DNA of 64,000 nt, from positions 1,674,001-1,738,000 of the forward strand of contig NC_027216.1 in assembly GCF_000981445.1 (NCBI RefSeq), written 5' to 3'. The notes beneath the pieces were generated by a model. The model saw only the letters and a list, made by a program, of their open reading frames with translations. It did no database searches and had not been told where the DNA came from. The stretch comes from Babesia bigemina. Taxonomy: Eukaryota. Of the stretch, positions 11,756 through 23,829 are shown one piece after another. Every line of letters starts with the position of its first letter. Position 1 is the stretch's first letter. A program made the translations under genes and the position numbers.

Positions 11756-14700
11756 TCACGTTCTCTGTTTGGGGTGAGAGACGCGTTTGTGCAGGAAGGT
11801 TATCCTCCTGCTAACAGTGTGGCAGTGCCGCATTAGCGCCTTCACACACCACCACACACCGCGGCGCCGCCAGTACTGCGCCAGCGCCCGCGGAACGCTG
11901 TACTGGCCGCGCTGTATGTCCATCCCACGGCAGCATGGACACAGCCACTGCGCATTGGTGTCTTTGACAAGCTCACCTAGCTGCGGTGGCAGGCACTCCT
12001 CGTGCCACACTTTGTTGCAGGACGCCGAGTCGCACATAATCACCTCGCCGCCAGCGAGGCACGCGTGGCACACGTAATCGTGGCGCACGCCCTCCAGCGC
12101 GAGGAACTTCTGCAAGATCGCGTTGGCCGCACTTTGGCACCTCATGTTCATCACGCCGCCCGTGACGTGCTCCCCGGGGGTCTGAGAAGCCTGAATCACG
12201 GCAGTCAGGATGTTTAACAGCGAAGCCAGCGGGCTGTTCCAATGGTTTCTCCCGCGAAGAACCTCCATGCAGTCGATAACAGCTTTGGCGTCCCTCTGGT
12301 AGCTGTTGACATGCAGGGTGTCGACGTCGAGCAGGCACCTCGCGCGCTCCATCACCATGAGCTCGTCGCCCAGCAATCCCGAGTTCCCCAGGATCCTGTC
12401 GTCGGCCTCGTCGTCAGTGATGCGGTCGTCGCTCCCGTCGGTGAGGTAGTAGCCCAGCAGGTCTGCCTCGGGCAGCGGCACCGGTATCCCGAGGTACTTC
12501 TCCCTCATCATCGGGTTGTACATCCCGTCCAGAGACGGGCTGTCGGCCGTTAGCGGGAAGGGGTACGGCTTGCACAGCCCGAGGTGGGCCACGTCCTCCG
12601 CCGCGCGCATGCCGGTGTCGTACGCTCCGTCAACGCACTGGTAGTAACTGCTGGAGAGGTATTCACCCGCGAACAGCACACGCGGAAACTCGATAGGGTG
12701 CGGGCTTTTGAGGTGGATGATGTCGTCGTCGGCAGCGTTCACGCCGGGGTAGGAGTAGGAGCCCATGGCAAAGGGGTCGCGATACCAGCTGGTCACCATC
12801 GCATCAATGGGGTACGGCATGTTGGCCATGTCGATGCCGAAGGACATTCGCAGCACCTCCAGGCACTGCCTGACGATCTCCGCCTCGGCGCCTACTGCCC
12901 CCCACGTGGTGCTGAAGGGGGGGAAGCAGTGCGCCAGAATGCAGCCCAACTTGCCGTACATGTGCAGATTGATGAACTGGAAACGCGGGTCCAGCGTGTT
13001 CAGCTGCGGCGTTTGTGCAGACCAGAAGACGTCGGCTTCCTTGAACCTCAGGATCACCTTGTTATGGTGGCCCATCTTGTAGCGCAGCAACGCCATGCTC
13101 TTCAGTGAGTTCAAGGGAGGGCTGAGCACTATCTGGTTCGGGTACTGCCTGCCGTTCGAAAACGGCGAGATCATGCTGCTGGGGACCGCGATGATAGCGT
13201 ACTTGGCGCGAATGAGCTTCGGGGGGTGCCACGTTCCCTTCGGCCCACAAACCTGCACACTCACCGGGTACTCCATGTCTCCGATCTGCACGTGGATATC
13301 GGTGACCGTTGATTTCAGGTACACGTCGTGCTCGACACCTTGGCTGATGGCGTCGAGCAGCCAGTCCCAGCCGTCGATTACCAGCTTGTCACTGTCGTTT
13401 TGGCAGGCGAACGGCTTCTTATTCACGGAGGTGTGCTGTGTGTAGTGCTGCCACACGTACCGATTGTTCAGAATCCAGTTCTCCTTAGACAGGTAGTACA
13501 GGGAGTCGTCAAACTCCTCGTCGATGTTGGGAAGGCGACACATCGAAATGCATGTCTCGCGCAGGTCGCTGTTGTACCCTATGCGCGACTGCAGAATCAC
13601 GAAAATCATGCTCCACTCCGTGTCGGTCACGTTCTGCGGCGAGAGCACGTTCTCCTGGAAGACCTCGGTGATGGACTCGATGTATATGTCCCACAGCGAC
13701 TTGCGGTTGCCCTGCTCGTCATAGAGGTAGGCGTTCGAGTCGCACGGCGCCTTGACGTTGATGTGGCGCGGAACCCCGAGCGGTGAATTCTTCAGGAGCT
13801 TCTCCATCACGCCGTACGCGTCCCAGTTTTTCGAGTAGTCCGGCTTGTTGACCGTGCAGTGCTGATTCGTCGGCAGCGAACAACCAGGGGGTGGGCTCCA
13901 GTTTCTGTACGGCTGCTCGACATAGACTCCGCCCGGAGCGCCGCCGTTGTAGGTGCATTGCGATTGCGGAGGAATGCTGCTGACAGTTTTGTCGACAACG
14001 CCAACCGGCTTGTGGCCGGCGGGAGCGTAAACAGCCCCGTAGTTGGGTATCGGGGCGTATCCGTGCAACACGGCACTATCACTGCCGTGTGCGAACATGT
14101 TGGGGTATTGTGGCGCGTATTGCACCGACGGGATGCCAGTTGGGTTGTAGTCTTCAACCAATGGGGCGTATCCTACATGGGAGGAGGGGAACGGGGATGC
14201 AGTGGCGCGCGAAGAAAAGTCAAATGCCTCAGGACACATCGAACCTGTGTTCTGTGGCGGGCGGTTGAAGATTTCACGATACAGGCCCTCACGGACGTAC
14301 CAGAGGTGCCTCGAACTGTTGGTGGGGTTAGGGTTCCCGGGGGGGTTCTTCATGAACTTTTTCATGCACTGGACCTTGCGGGCCGCACGCACGCGTATTT
14401 TCTCGGCGATCATGTTGGCCTTTATAACGCTTTCCATCTTGATCTGCTTACCCTCGAAGTCGCACCAGCGCGTGTACACGGTCGACTCCCAGTTCGCACC
14501 ACCAGCGACGTCGGCGACGGCCGGCTTAATCTCGGAGGAGATGCCCATGAGCGACTTGAAGTGCGCCCGCCGTGCCCGCACATCCTTCACAGCGTCTGGC
14601 CGGTGCTCGCCCTCCCCGGCGTCGGTGACGTTGCAGCAGTGAAAGTAGTTCGCGCCCAGATCAATATTGACCTCAGGGACGTTCTTGCCGCCGCACCTCC

Positions 14701-15688
14701 GTGCGGGAAATGAGGTGGTACACGCACGCCCCCCAACCCTGTCCCTGCCCTCCAGAACAACCACATCAACGCCGCACGACTTGAGGTAGCTTGCCGCAAC
14801 CAGACCTGCGATGCCAGCGCCGACAACAACGACATCCGTTTCCCTCGGCACCAGGTTGTTGAAGTTGTTGCGGAACTTTTTGTTCACCTCGGAGGGGTGG
14901 AAATCCGTGTGCAGCGCCATGTGTATCTTACTCATGTTCCAGGTCTGTTCGGGCCTTGAGGGTTCGTAGAGCCCCGCCTCCTTAGAGGTTGGCACGCCGT
15001 TCGTCCACGGCAGGGGGAAATCGACCTGAGGCCCCTCTGGCCCCTGCAATCTAACTTTTTTAAAGCGATCGGATTGCACCACCTCCTCTGTGTTGGTGCC
15101 GAAAAGACGCAACATCGTCTCGTCGAAGTTGAAGTTGGGAGGGTACGGAAATTGCGATGGCCTATCCGGAGACAAAAACAGGGTTGCGATATCTTTGGGG
15201 GGAGCGAGGCCAAGCGTCATGAACAGGCTGAGTCTGTGCTCCAGCATTTCTGCGAAGACCGCATTAACCCTTCCAGGTTTGATGGTCAAAACCTTTTCGT
15301 ATGTCGTGGTGGTCTTGCGGTAATAATCCAACGAGCGGAACATATGCAGCAGGTCCACAGACAGCTGTGGATCTTTGCTCCGAATCATGGTCTCGGTGAT
15401 GGCGAGTTTTAGTATCACAGCCCTGCCAAATTTGTTCCACACCAGGTGCATGTATTTGCAGAAAAGCCGCTCCCGCAGCACCAGAGCGATGTTGTAGTAA
15501 AGGACGTACGCTGGACGATCTACCGATAGCGTGAAGTTCCTGTCAGTCGCGTAATTGGGCTGCTTTTGCTCACCGATGGACTGCAGCAGCTCTTTCTGCT
15601 GCCCCTCCGTCAGGCAATGGTAGAGGAAGATCCAGCGGAGGATGTTGATCTTCCGCTCCCCCCTACTGTTGCCAGACGCCGCCATCAT
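11756..15688 (-). CDS. LSD1-like flavin amine oxidase / lysine-specific histone demethylase with a C-terminal PHD finger
   Basis: FAD-binding VVVVGAGIAGL...LEGRDRVGGR; DLGA; MGHHNKVIL (Lys at the LSD1 catalytic-lysine position); DPFAMGSYSY; FAGEY; PHD CHAC...CDSASC...WHEEC...WLCPCC. Confidence 0.85.
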   Translation of the reverse strand: MMAASGNSRGERKINILRWIFLYHCLTEGQQKELLQSIGEQKQPNYATDRNFTLSVDRPAYVLYYNIALVLRERLFCKYMHLVWNKFGRAVILKLAITETMIRSKDPQLSVDLLHMFRSLDYYRKTTTTYEKVLTIKPGRVNAVFAEMLEHRLSLFMTLGLAPPKDIATLFLSPDRPSQFPYPPNFNFDETMLRLFGTNTEEVVQSDRFKKVRLQGPEGPQVDFPLPWTNGVPTSKEAGLYEPSRPEQTWNMSKIHMALHTDFHPSEVNKKFRNNFNNLVPRETDVVVVGAGIAGLVAASYLKSCGVDVVVLEGRDRVGGRACTTSFPARRCGGKNVPEVNIDLGANYFHCCNVTDAGEGEHRPDAVKDVRARRAHFKSLMGISSEIKPAVADVAGGANWESTVYTRWCDFEGKQIKMESVIKANMIAEKIRVRAARKVQCMKKFMKNPPGNPNPTNSSRHLWYVREGLYREIFNRPPQNTGSMCPEAFDFSSRATASPFPSSHVGYAPLVEDYNPTGIPSVQYAPQYPNMFAHGSDSAVLHGYAPIPNYGAVYAPAGHKPVGVVDKTVSSIPPQSQCTYNGGAPGGVYVEQPYRNWSPPPGCSLPTNQHCTVNKPDYSKNWDAYGVMEKLLKNSPLGVPRHINVKAPCDSNAYLYDEQGNRKSLWDIYIESITEVFQENVLSPQNVTDTEWSMIFVILQSRIGYNSDLRETCISMCRLPNIDEEFDDSLYYLSKENWILNNRYVWQHYTQHTSVNKKPFACQNDSDKLVIDGWDWLLDAISQGVEHDVYLKSTVTDIHVQIGDMEYPVSVQVCGPKGTWHPPKLIRAKYAIIAVPSSMISPFSNGRQYPNQIVLSPPLNSLKSMALLRYKMGHHNKVILRFKEADVFWSAQTPQLNTLDPRFQFINLHMYGKLGCILAHCFPPFSTTWGAVGAEAEIVRQCLEVLRMSFGIDMANMPYPIDAMVTSWYRDPFAMGSYSYPGVNAADDDIIHLKSPHPIEFPRVLFAGEYLSSSYYQCVDGAYDTGMRAAEDVAHLGLCKPYPFPLTADSPSLDGMYNPMMREKYLGIPVPLPEADLLGYYLTDGSDDRITDDEADDRILGNSGLLGDELMVMERARCLLDVDTLHVNSYQRDAKAVIDCMEVLRGRNHWNSPLASLLNILTAVIQASQTPGEHVTGGVMNMRCQSAANAILQKFLALEGVRHDYVCHACLAGGEVIMCDSASCNKVWHEECLPPQLGELVKDTNAQWLCPCCRGMDIQRGQYSVPRALAQYWRRRGVWWCVKALMRHCHTVSRRITFLHKRVSHPKQRT

Positions 15689-16134
15689 GAAACGATCCGC
15701 GCCTGCTCAAAGCGTTTCGGAATCCGAGCGCGACGCATTGCCTCGAAGATTTTACACATTGCGTGGGCGCCGTCGCCCACATCAGGGACGAAATACATCG
15801 AGGGTACTCATGGGCAGCCGTCGAGCAGGCACAGTGTCGTACACTGCAGAGGTAAGCAGGCTCCGTTTGCTATTGCACACCCTTCGCCGAGCATCACTGC
15901 TTCGTGTAGGCGAGGGGACGCGCAACGAAACGCGACAAAGACGAAAGCAGAGCGCCGTCAACAGGTGCCACGTATGCGCAGTTGTCAGCGTAATGAACGC
16001 GGACAATCGTCCGACATTATGTGTATCGATTTATGGTAAAAGTCCACACCGCCAGTGCAGCCTGCGGCGCGAGGTTAGGGACGCCGGAGGGGACAGGGCC
16101 GCCACACTGTATGCCGCCACCTAAGGGCAATCTT

Positions 16135-19100
16135 CTAAATATTAACGGTCCAGTTGTTGCCTTTCTTCAATATGTGACCGGCGAGATTCGCTGCAAACAT
16201 GTGACGCGGCGCATTATACACATACCGCGTTCGATCAAATCACGTGGATCCCTTTCGGACTGGCAAACTTTCAAAGTCTGCCTTGCGTACTCCATCATTT
16301 CCTGGAAGCGTTGACAACACTGGCGTCGCACTAACCTGGTGGGTTATCGTAACGGTGCGGTTAGCAGGCAACCTGGAAATAAATGCCGCCATTATCGATA
16401 TGGAGGTCTTCGGACGCGCCTTCTTTACTGGCTCCACCTGTAACCGGTCACTAGTGTGTGCCTGGCGCTTACCACTTCGGAAGGACGCGACATAGTGTCG
16501 AGGTAGCCCGGGTAGTACCCGGTTTGCTTGAACAGCTCACACACATCGTTGACGTGCTCCTCCGTGACTCGGTCGCACAAGTCGCCACGGGCACGCGCCT
16601 ACAGCTCCTGTATCATAGTAACGGCGACAAACCTGGCACAGACGAATGATTCCCTCCAGTTGCCTAGTGGTTATCACCAGACCGTTGTGCATTTTCGAGA
16701 GCTGGCGCAGCTCGGAGTAGAACTTCCTCAGCTGTTTGCGCGCAGGCCGCGTGAAAACTGGGTTCACGTACGCTTTGGCGTACTCAATATAGCTCCGCAA
16801 AAGGTTCTCGTCCAGGAACTCGTTCGCCTGGGAATTCTGTCTAGGAGGTATGCGACACAAACCCGGTAGTACGTGACGTGATCCTTCAAAGAAACTGGCT
16901 CCGGCCGCACTTCTCGGGTGCTGTATTGGCGCTTTAGGTCCTGCGATGGTGTCAGGACGCGTGTCTACTTCCCACCTTCTTAAGGATGTGCGATGCGATG
17001 TAGTCGTCCGCTTCCTCCGACCGCTTGTCACTACGTCACGTGAGGTGAAACCCGCATGCATCCTTACGCGATGAAGAATATCAGGTCGAACCTGCTTACG
17101 AGCGGCGCGAGAAGCTTGATGTTCTTCGTGACCGATATGCTGGTGTTGAACCGGCCGCCGGATGGGTTTGCCGCGCAGATAACGGTGCATTGCGCTGTCA
17201 GGGTGCATACAATACCTCCTTTCGCCAGCGATACCGACTGCGATTCCATGGCCTCCAACAGCGAGTTTTGCTGTGCCGTCGTAGTTTTGTCCAGCTCGTC
17301 GATGCAGCACGTTCCCCCCGACGCAAGCACGAGGGCGCCAGCCTCCAGCGTGTACTCCGAGCACCCTTTCTCGCGCACTGCCGCAGCTGTCAACCCGCTA
17401 GCAGTTACCGATCCTCCCGAAAAGAACAAAGCGTTGTCCATCATGTTACACAAGTTACGCAACATAAAGCTTTTCCCCACTCCAGAGTCACCCACCAGCA
17501 GACAGTGGATATTTCCACGTCGCTGCAGTACGCTGTTCTTGTAAACGGGCACGCCGCCTAAAAGCGAAAGAAGCAGTCCGACTGTCACATCATTTCAGCC
17601 TTTACAGCGCTCAAACCACACCTTTGATATAGGGCCGTCCCACAGCCGCACGACATAGCGACGCGGCAGCCAGGTAGAACCTGTTTGGCTCGCTGTAGTA
17701 AATTTCGCGAATGAAGTTGTACAGCCCAGAATCTCCGGTTGCGTTATCGTCTTGCGAAGCCACGCTATTGGTGTCCTGTGTCTGCGCCGACGTGGGCAGG
17801 CCCTGCGACGTGTTGTCTGCGGGATTCGAGAACACCTGATCGCGGATGACTTGTGGCTGAAATCGCGCTACACCCACCTTCCAGGTTTTACGGGAGTTCA
17901 TTTGATGGTCAGGGATGCCGTTGGTGATTCCCCATCGGAATCCTCGGGCGCCGTATGCGTCCTGTGAAAAGCGTGTCATGCGCTTGTTCAAAACGTTCAT
18001 AGACACCGCCTTCACGACGATGTTATACGTGGAGTTGTGGCCAGTCAGGTCCTCATTAACCAAGCACGGCGTAGCGTCCACAATCCCTACAATGTCGACG
18101 AGATTGCCTGGGCTGCACTGGTCCACGAGGTCGCCAGTTAGCTCAACGTCTACGTAGGTACCGACAGCCGAGTCACCGTAGCGGGCGCTTGCGCTGGTGT
18201 CCATGCGCGAATCCTCCTGGATCCTCACAACCTGAGAGCTTGTGGTTTGCACGCAATGGCGCTGGAAGTGCGACGCGCGCCATGTGCATCCCTCGGTGAA
18301 ACAGCGGGACGGGTACTCGAACAGCCCATCCTTGAACTTTTTGAAGAAGTGGCACCCGCATTTCGCGCATGTGAACATTCCAGAGATGATCATGGGGGTT
18401 GTGGTGCTGATCCTGATGACCTGCCCCGCAATGCTGACCAGGCACCCGATGGCATGGCTGCGCAGCACGCTGAAGGGCGAACGCGGAAAGAAGTTTTGCA
18501 ACCGAAGGGTCACATATTGCGGCAACACGTCCATGAAGAATACGTGTTTGCACAAGCCATTGCCAAGCAGTGTCGTTGCGATATCGCTGCGCTTGCATTG
18601 CATATCCGTGGCGCCAGCGGCGTCCAACGAAACTGCACGGCGTTAATGTGACGATATGGTCACCTACCCGATGAAGCGGATGTATCCGAAACGTCGCCAC
18701 CGGCATTCCTGCCGTCCAGGTGCTTGTCAATCAGGCTGTTGCGGCCAAATCTCTTGCATGCCGAGATGTGGAGTCCTGCAGACATGCAGCTGAGCAAGAA
18801 CGCGGGCTTGGAGCATATGTTGTGTTTAAAAACCTCCACTCCTCCAGGGACATCGGTGTTGAGCAGGTCTAAGTAATCAATATGCACCACGTATGTTTCC
18901 CGGAAGGCTTCTTCCCCCTGAGCCATTATCAGTTCGGTCGCGTAGCAGCAACGGAGAAATTCTCCGAAAAACGAATTCTTGGCACTTACTTTACCCAGAA
19001 TGGCCTGCCAGTTGAAGTCGAAGTACTCCGTCCACTGCGTTATTCCCTTTATCAGGGGGCCGGTATCTGAACTGGCGTTAGCGACGGCATCGCACCGTGC

Positions 19101-19197
19101 CACGTCGGAGATGCGCGAAGAAAAGCTTACCCTTTGTCTGGTCACCCGTGAAGTACAGATAGCCCAGATGCCGCAACACCCCCGCAGAGAGCTCCAT
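16135..19197 (-). CDS. MCM8: MCM8 helicase (MCM8/9 family), 11 exons
   Basis: Hand-spliced introns: 19130-19067, 18667-18633, 17621-17582, 17067-17031, 16975-16941, 16872-16841, 16632-16599, 16472-16438, 16335-16302, 16225-16191. Motifs: CAKC/C..C zinc finger, GDSGVGKS, CIDELDK, SRFD, ITTRQLE. The C-terminal ANLAGHILKKG resembles the MCM8 winged-helix end. Confidence 0.8.
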
Positions 19198-19457
19198 CGA
19201 AGGCGATACACACCGTCTAGGTCACGGGCCGTCAGAAGCTTTCCACTGAGTGTGACGCGCGGTGGCTCGCCGATGCCCAAACCTCCATAGACACGCAGCA
19301 GATTAGATATAAAAGGGCAATTTTTCTAGAAATTAAAGCCCAATTGTATCGTTATCGCATCAGCCGGCGCGCAAGAGGAGCTAAACGCAGGACTGTTGGA
19401 AGCGACTGCTTCTAAAAAATATCCCATGAGGTTACATCGCAGCTAAAATTACCGATT

Positions 19458-20760
19458 ATGTGCTCAGGTGCGTGCTGTCTATGCTTTTTACCGCTCCTCG
19501 TTGGCCGTCTATGCGACCGGGCGAACATTTGCTGGTTCGACGGTCACAGTCTCCTTCTGGACGCTAGCCGTCTGCAGCGGACTCGACGAGCCGAACTATG
19601 ATGGAATGTGATTTTCCAAATGCGTATCAATGCCGTTTTGTGTTTGTCTGTCGTGTTATGGTTATTATTAGGAGCAGGAAACCGTCAGGACCCTGAGGGG
19701 CTTTACGCGGTGCTTGGCGTCGAGCCAGATGCTAGTATCGACGAAATCAAGAGGAAGTACAAGGCTTTGGCCATAAAATGGCACCCGGGTATGTCACAAA
19801 GTAGTATTGACTGCAGCATAAGTTGCGAGGTCTCCCACCGCAGCAGTTCGTTTTTATTAGTGTCGTTATGCGGTCGTGAATTATTTTCATACTATCACCG
19901 TGGTTTCGTGCAGTGTTGAATGGGTTATATGGGCCCGTATCTCGTCCGGCTAAATCTTTTATTCGTGTCTAAATCCTCTGTAGACAAAAACCCTACGAAC
20001 GCGGCAAAGGCAACCGAAATGTTCCAAAAGATTTCCACGGCCTACGAGACCCTGTCGGATCCAAAGAAACGGAGAGAATATGACGGTTGGTTCTGGTGGG
20101 AGGTAATGCTAACTGCGATCACAGCTTCCGGAACTTACAGCATACCTACGTTCACGTCGAATGCCGATATCTTCCGAGATATGGGCTTCGGGGAGCTGCA
20201 TTTTGCACATCCGTTCTTCGATGTTGGATTTGGATTTGACGATAATATTCACTCAACGTTTGTGCATCCCTATATATACTGACGCTTCGCAGATTCCCGT
20301 TCTCGAGCATGTTCTCCGGAATCGGTTTCGGCTTTGATCCATTTGGAGGTTGGCGACGGTTGTACAAAGTGTATAGTTAACAGATATGGGCGACTTTGAT
20401 ATCCCCCTACAGTGGTCAAGAAGCACGTCTTCGTCCAGGAGGCACAGGTCACAGCGCAGGCACGGCGCCAACTCACGTCGCCAGTCGGATCAATTCGCCA
20501 TGTCATCCTCTGTCATCACTAGGGAGAGGACCCTACCTGACGGCAGTGTCGAGATAACTACAACGGAAGAGATCGTGGGTAGGGATGGAACCGTTACGCG
20601 GAAGTCGTCCACTGAGATACGACCACCACGGCACACATCCACAAGCAGAAGAATATCACACCAACCGGAGCGGATGGCACATAATATGAGGGCCGTCTCC
20701 ACATCGTTCTCTGATCGGCAGAGGGGCCCGCGGAACTCTGGCCATCGTGACGCCTTTTGA
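19458..20760 (+). CDS. DnaJ/Hsp40 J-domain protein (DNAJB6-like: J domain, G/F region, S/T/R-rich tail)
   Basis: LYAVLGV...IKRKYKALAIKWHP|DKN; the HPD motif is split by intron 19789-19983. Further introns: 20086-20124, c. 20258-20292, c. 20349-20383. Start is ambiguous: ATG 19458 via intron 19468-19671, or ATG 19620. Confidence 0.85.
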
Positions 20761-21363
20761 GTTGCCCGCTGTGGCATCTCGAGCATTATGTACGCATACC
20801 TATGCCTAATGCGGTATGAGGGAGCTTTGGTGTAAATCATTAGATTCAGAGCGCAACCGTATATTTTATTCTAGAAATGAGTGGTTGTTAATGGTTTTGT
20901 TTTGCCTGCCCTGCGTGAATAGTCCTCTCTCTGTTTTGGGGGGCTGCTGGTGGTGTACTCTTGCTTTTATGATTCGGATGGCATCTTTCCCGCAGGCTAG
21001 CGACCTGCACTCCTTTCGTCGATCTGTCGGTGTTTGCGCTTGTCCCTCTAACACAAAGTAGACCGCTATTTCGCAAATGATTCAATTGCTGAAATCATTA
21101 ATAACACATCACTGATGAGACCGTTAAACGACGATATTGACCGCCTATGCACGACGCCAACAACTATATGCAGCAGTTCGCGTCGGATCACCCGAACAGC
21201 CACCAATCAACATCCATGAAGAGCTTAGGAATCAAGTAATGGAGATGCTACATCCAAGAGCGATTAATACAGATTATTGGATACATCCACATATAACCCA
21301 CAGCAGCGAGCGCTGAAGCCGCACTATGCCCTTAATTTGACTTCCGATACTTGCTCCATTTAC

Positions 21364-22401
21364 CTAGGTCGAAGGAGCACCGCTACGCAAGTTCCCCCTC
21401 GGTATTTTTTTAAGGCGCTGTAAGAATGATTTAAAGTATGCGTCCCAATCTGCATCATCCTCCTCAGGCTCTTCGGGCTGGGTACACAAATTAGAAAATG
21501 AGTCGTCGTCATCGCATTCAGCGTCCCATTCATTCTCACTCGCATTTTGGTGCCCATGCGCATTGTCATTGGAACGTCCGGCCGTTTCGACCGATCCATT
21601 CGAATTGTCCAATGGTGGATCTGGCGCTGGCTCCCATGCACCCAGCGATCCTATAACATATGGTGAGGTGGACGTATTTCCTGCAGAGGTTGAATACAGC
21701 AATTCATAGGCATTGGGTGTATTATCACCACTCACTGTTGTACCATTTCTACTGCTGGTGTCACCATTGACCACGGTATTAGCTGGAGTGGTATCGTTTC
21801 TTTTTTCTGGGGAACGAATTGCCGTGTTTGCCACCCCCAGTGTTCGCATTTCAGTAATGCTCGCCTCATAAACACGCTGACAAAGAAACATCCAAGTGTG
21901 CATTAGGAACCCCTGCGTTTGTAAAGGTGCGTCGCTAAATCGATGCAAGGCTAACAATACCTGCCGATAGTAGGCGGGAGATATTGGTTGCAACGGAGTC
22001 CTGTCGATACCGCGGAAAATTGCGGGGTACTCTGTACGAAACTCCGCACGGTTAAATGTTACATAAGGTTTTTCCTTTGCTCCATCCAGTTTACGTTGGC
22101 AATATTTAATGATGTTCTTCAGATAAGGTATAAAAGCATGTACACCATCGTAATGCGAAATCAGATCCTTCAAATAATTAATGTGTTTCTTCATGTGCTC
22201 ATGGCTGATCAAGTATATGATATCCTGACGTGGATCCGCTTTTTTTAACGCCTCGTACGTCATCCGTTGGCCATTTATGTATATCATTATGTCCTCGTTC
22301 AAAGCTTTATCCGGCCGGTTGACATTCAACGGCGCAGCATTTCCATTGAATAAGAAACTAATGGCCACCATGAGGTAAATAAATACCCCTCGTGTAATCA
22401 T
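21364..22401 (-). CDS. Secreted hypothetical protein, 345 aa (signal peptide, helical domain, S/T/N-rich and acidic tail)
   Basis: Intronless ORF in AT-rich DNA. N-terminus MITRGVFIYLMVAISFLFNGNA-AP is a typical signal peptide. No family recognised. Confidence 0.7.
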   Translation of the reverse strand: MITRGVFIYLMVAISFLFNGNAAPLNVNRPDKALNEDIMIYINGQRMTYEALKKADPRQDIIYLISHEHMKKHINYLKDLISHYDGVHAFIPYLKNIIKYCQRKLDGAKEKPYVTFNRAEFRTEYPAIFRGIDRTPLQPISPAYYRQVLLALHRFSDAPLQTQGFLMHTWMFLCQRVYEASITEMRTLGVANTAIRSPEKRNDTTPANTVVNGDTSSRNGTTVSGDNTPNAYELLYSTSAGNTSTSPYVIGSLGAWEPAPDPPLDNSNGSVETAGRSNDNAHGHQNASENEWDAECDDDDSFSNLCTQPEEPEEDDADWDAYFKSFLQRLKKIPRGNLRSGAPST

Positions 22402-23099
22402 AGTTGCGTTTGCTACTTAGATTGTAAATTGTCAAAAACCGTAAAATCCCCGCTGTATTCTCACTCCTTTAAACGGTACTCGAATTTAACCCAGTCAATG
22501 GGTGACTCTGACAAATATTATCGATCTGCCAAACCTAATGTACAGAATCGCCTATATATCACTAATAACGATATAAACAATGAAAATATCTAACGTACTA
22601 TGTCGTGATAAAATGGTAAGCGAAAGGAACTTCCAAGCTTCAAAGTATTTTAGACACAAGGAACTTAAACATATAATCTCATCTTACAGATAGTTTAATG
22701 TGGAATTGAATTACGAAAGTAAAATCTGACCAAATTCCCGCAATCAAGTCCAAAAGGTACCAATGTTTCCTTTTTTCAGTTGCATAACATACTCCCATAT
22801 GCAGTGCGCCCACTTACAGTACGCACGCTGTGTGAAATGCCTCAATTGATGTCTATTGTAGGGCATTATTGGTCAAGTGGCGACGTGTGTGTGACTTGTG
22901 GTAACACATGCTTGAACCATACACCGGCATGTTAATTACAACAGCATAGTACCCAGTAGAATAAGTGAGGATTGTGTGTGCCGTGCAATGGACAGGGGTG
23001 TGCAGCACGTAAATGTCCGTGCCACGAATGCAGTAACCAGGTATATTGTCGAACGGGCATCAGATTTATGATCAAGTTTACGATCTGCATCATAATGAA

Positions 23100-23829
23100 A
23101 ATGCGAAACGCCAAATAGAAAATCAAATACCTTCTCCCTTTATAGGCACCGTTGGCGTCAGGTATTAAATAAATCTTTACGTTGATTACAATGTGTTTCA
23201 CTGCCCTCATCTGCCACAATAGCAACTTCCTTGTATCAGCCCCTCGCTAATATTAAGCCAAACTTCTCAACCATACATGACCTGGATAAGAGCCAGAACA
23301 TTTATTGAATGTATGGTCTGTATATCGCCACAACCAACAATGTAAAGCGGGAATTCTGTTCATCGTGGAAAATAAGAGTTTAGCAGTCGCCTTACTGGTG
23401 ACGAACATGGGTCTACCACGCAACTGTGAATCAACCACCATGCAAAACCCACCTCATTCAGTATTGAGCGGGCTGTAATAAGACAATGTGAAGTCTTATA
23501 TGAACAATATGCTAGAGGAGCTGGAATTCTTGCGAGCATATAAAGTTCAGATACCACCGCCATCTCAGTACCATAATCAAGGCACATCTGGAGTTAGCAG
23601 TGCGGGGAGCGGTACATCACACGGCGATAGTTCCAACAAACCCAGTACATCGCATAACACCACGCCAAGTACCGACACCACACCTCACTTTCCTCCAACA
23701 AACTCTGTCGGAACTACGCCAACTGATTATGCCCCCAGACGAGAGTGGATAGAAGACCTAACCGAGTACGAAACAAAGAACCTGTGGGGTAAAAACAAAT
23801 CACACGTCATCTCTATCACCAGAAAATAG
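23100..23829 (+). pseudogene. Possible degenerate gene fragment (S/T/P-rich ORF 23488-23829 with no ATG at the ORF start)
   Basis: Protein-like segment YMNNMLEELEFLRAY followed by a low-complexity tail. The upstream frames are broken by stops. Confidence 0.3.

Noticed and set aside
9153..19197. MCM5 and MCM8 as a local tandem duplication
   Set aside because: They are ancient, highly diverged paralogues with different intron patterns; proximity alone is not evidence.
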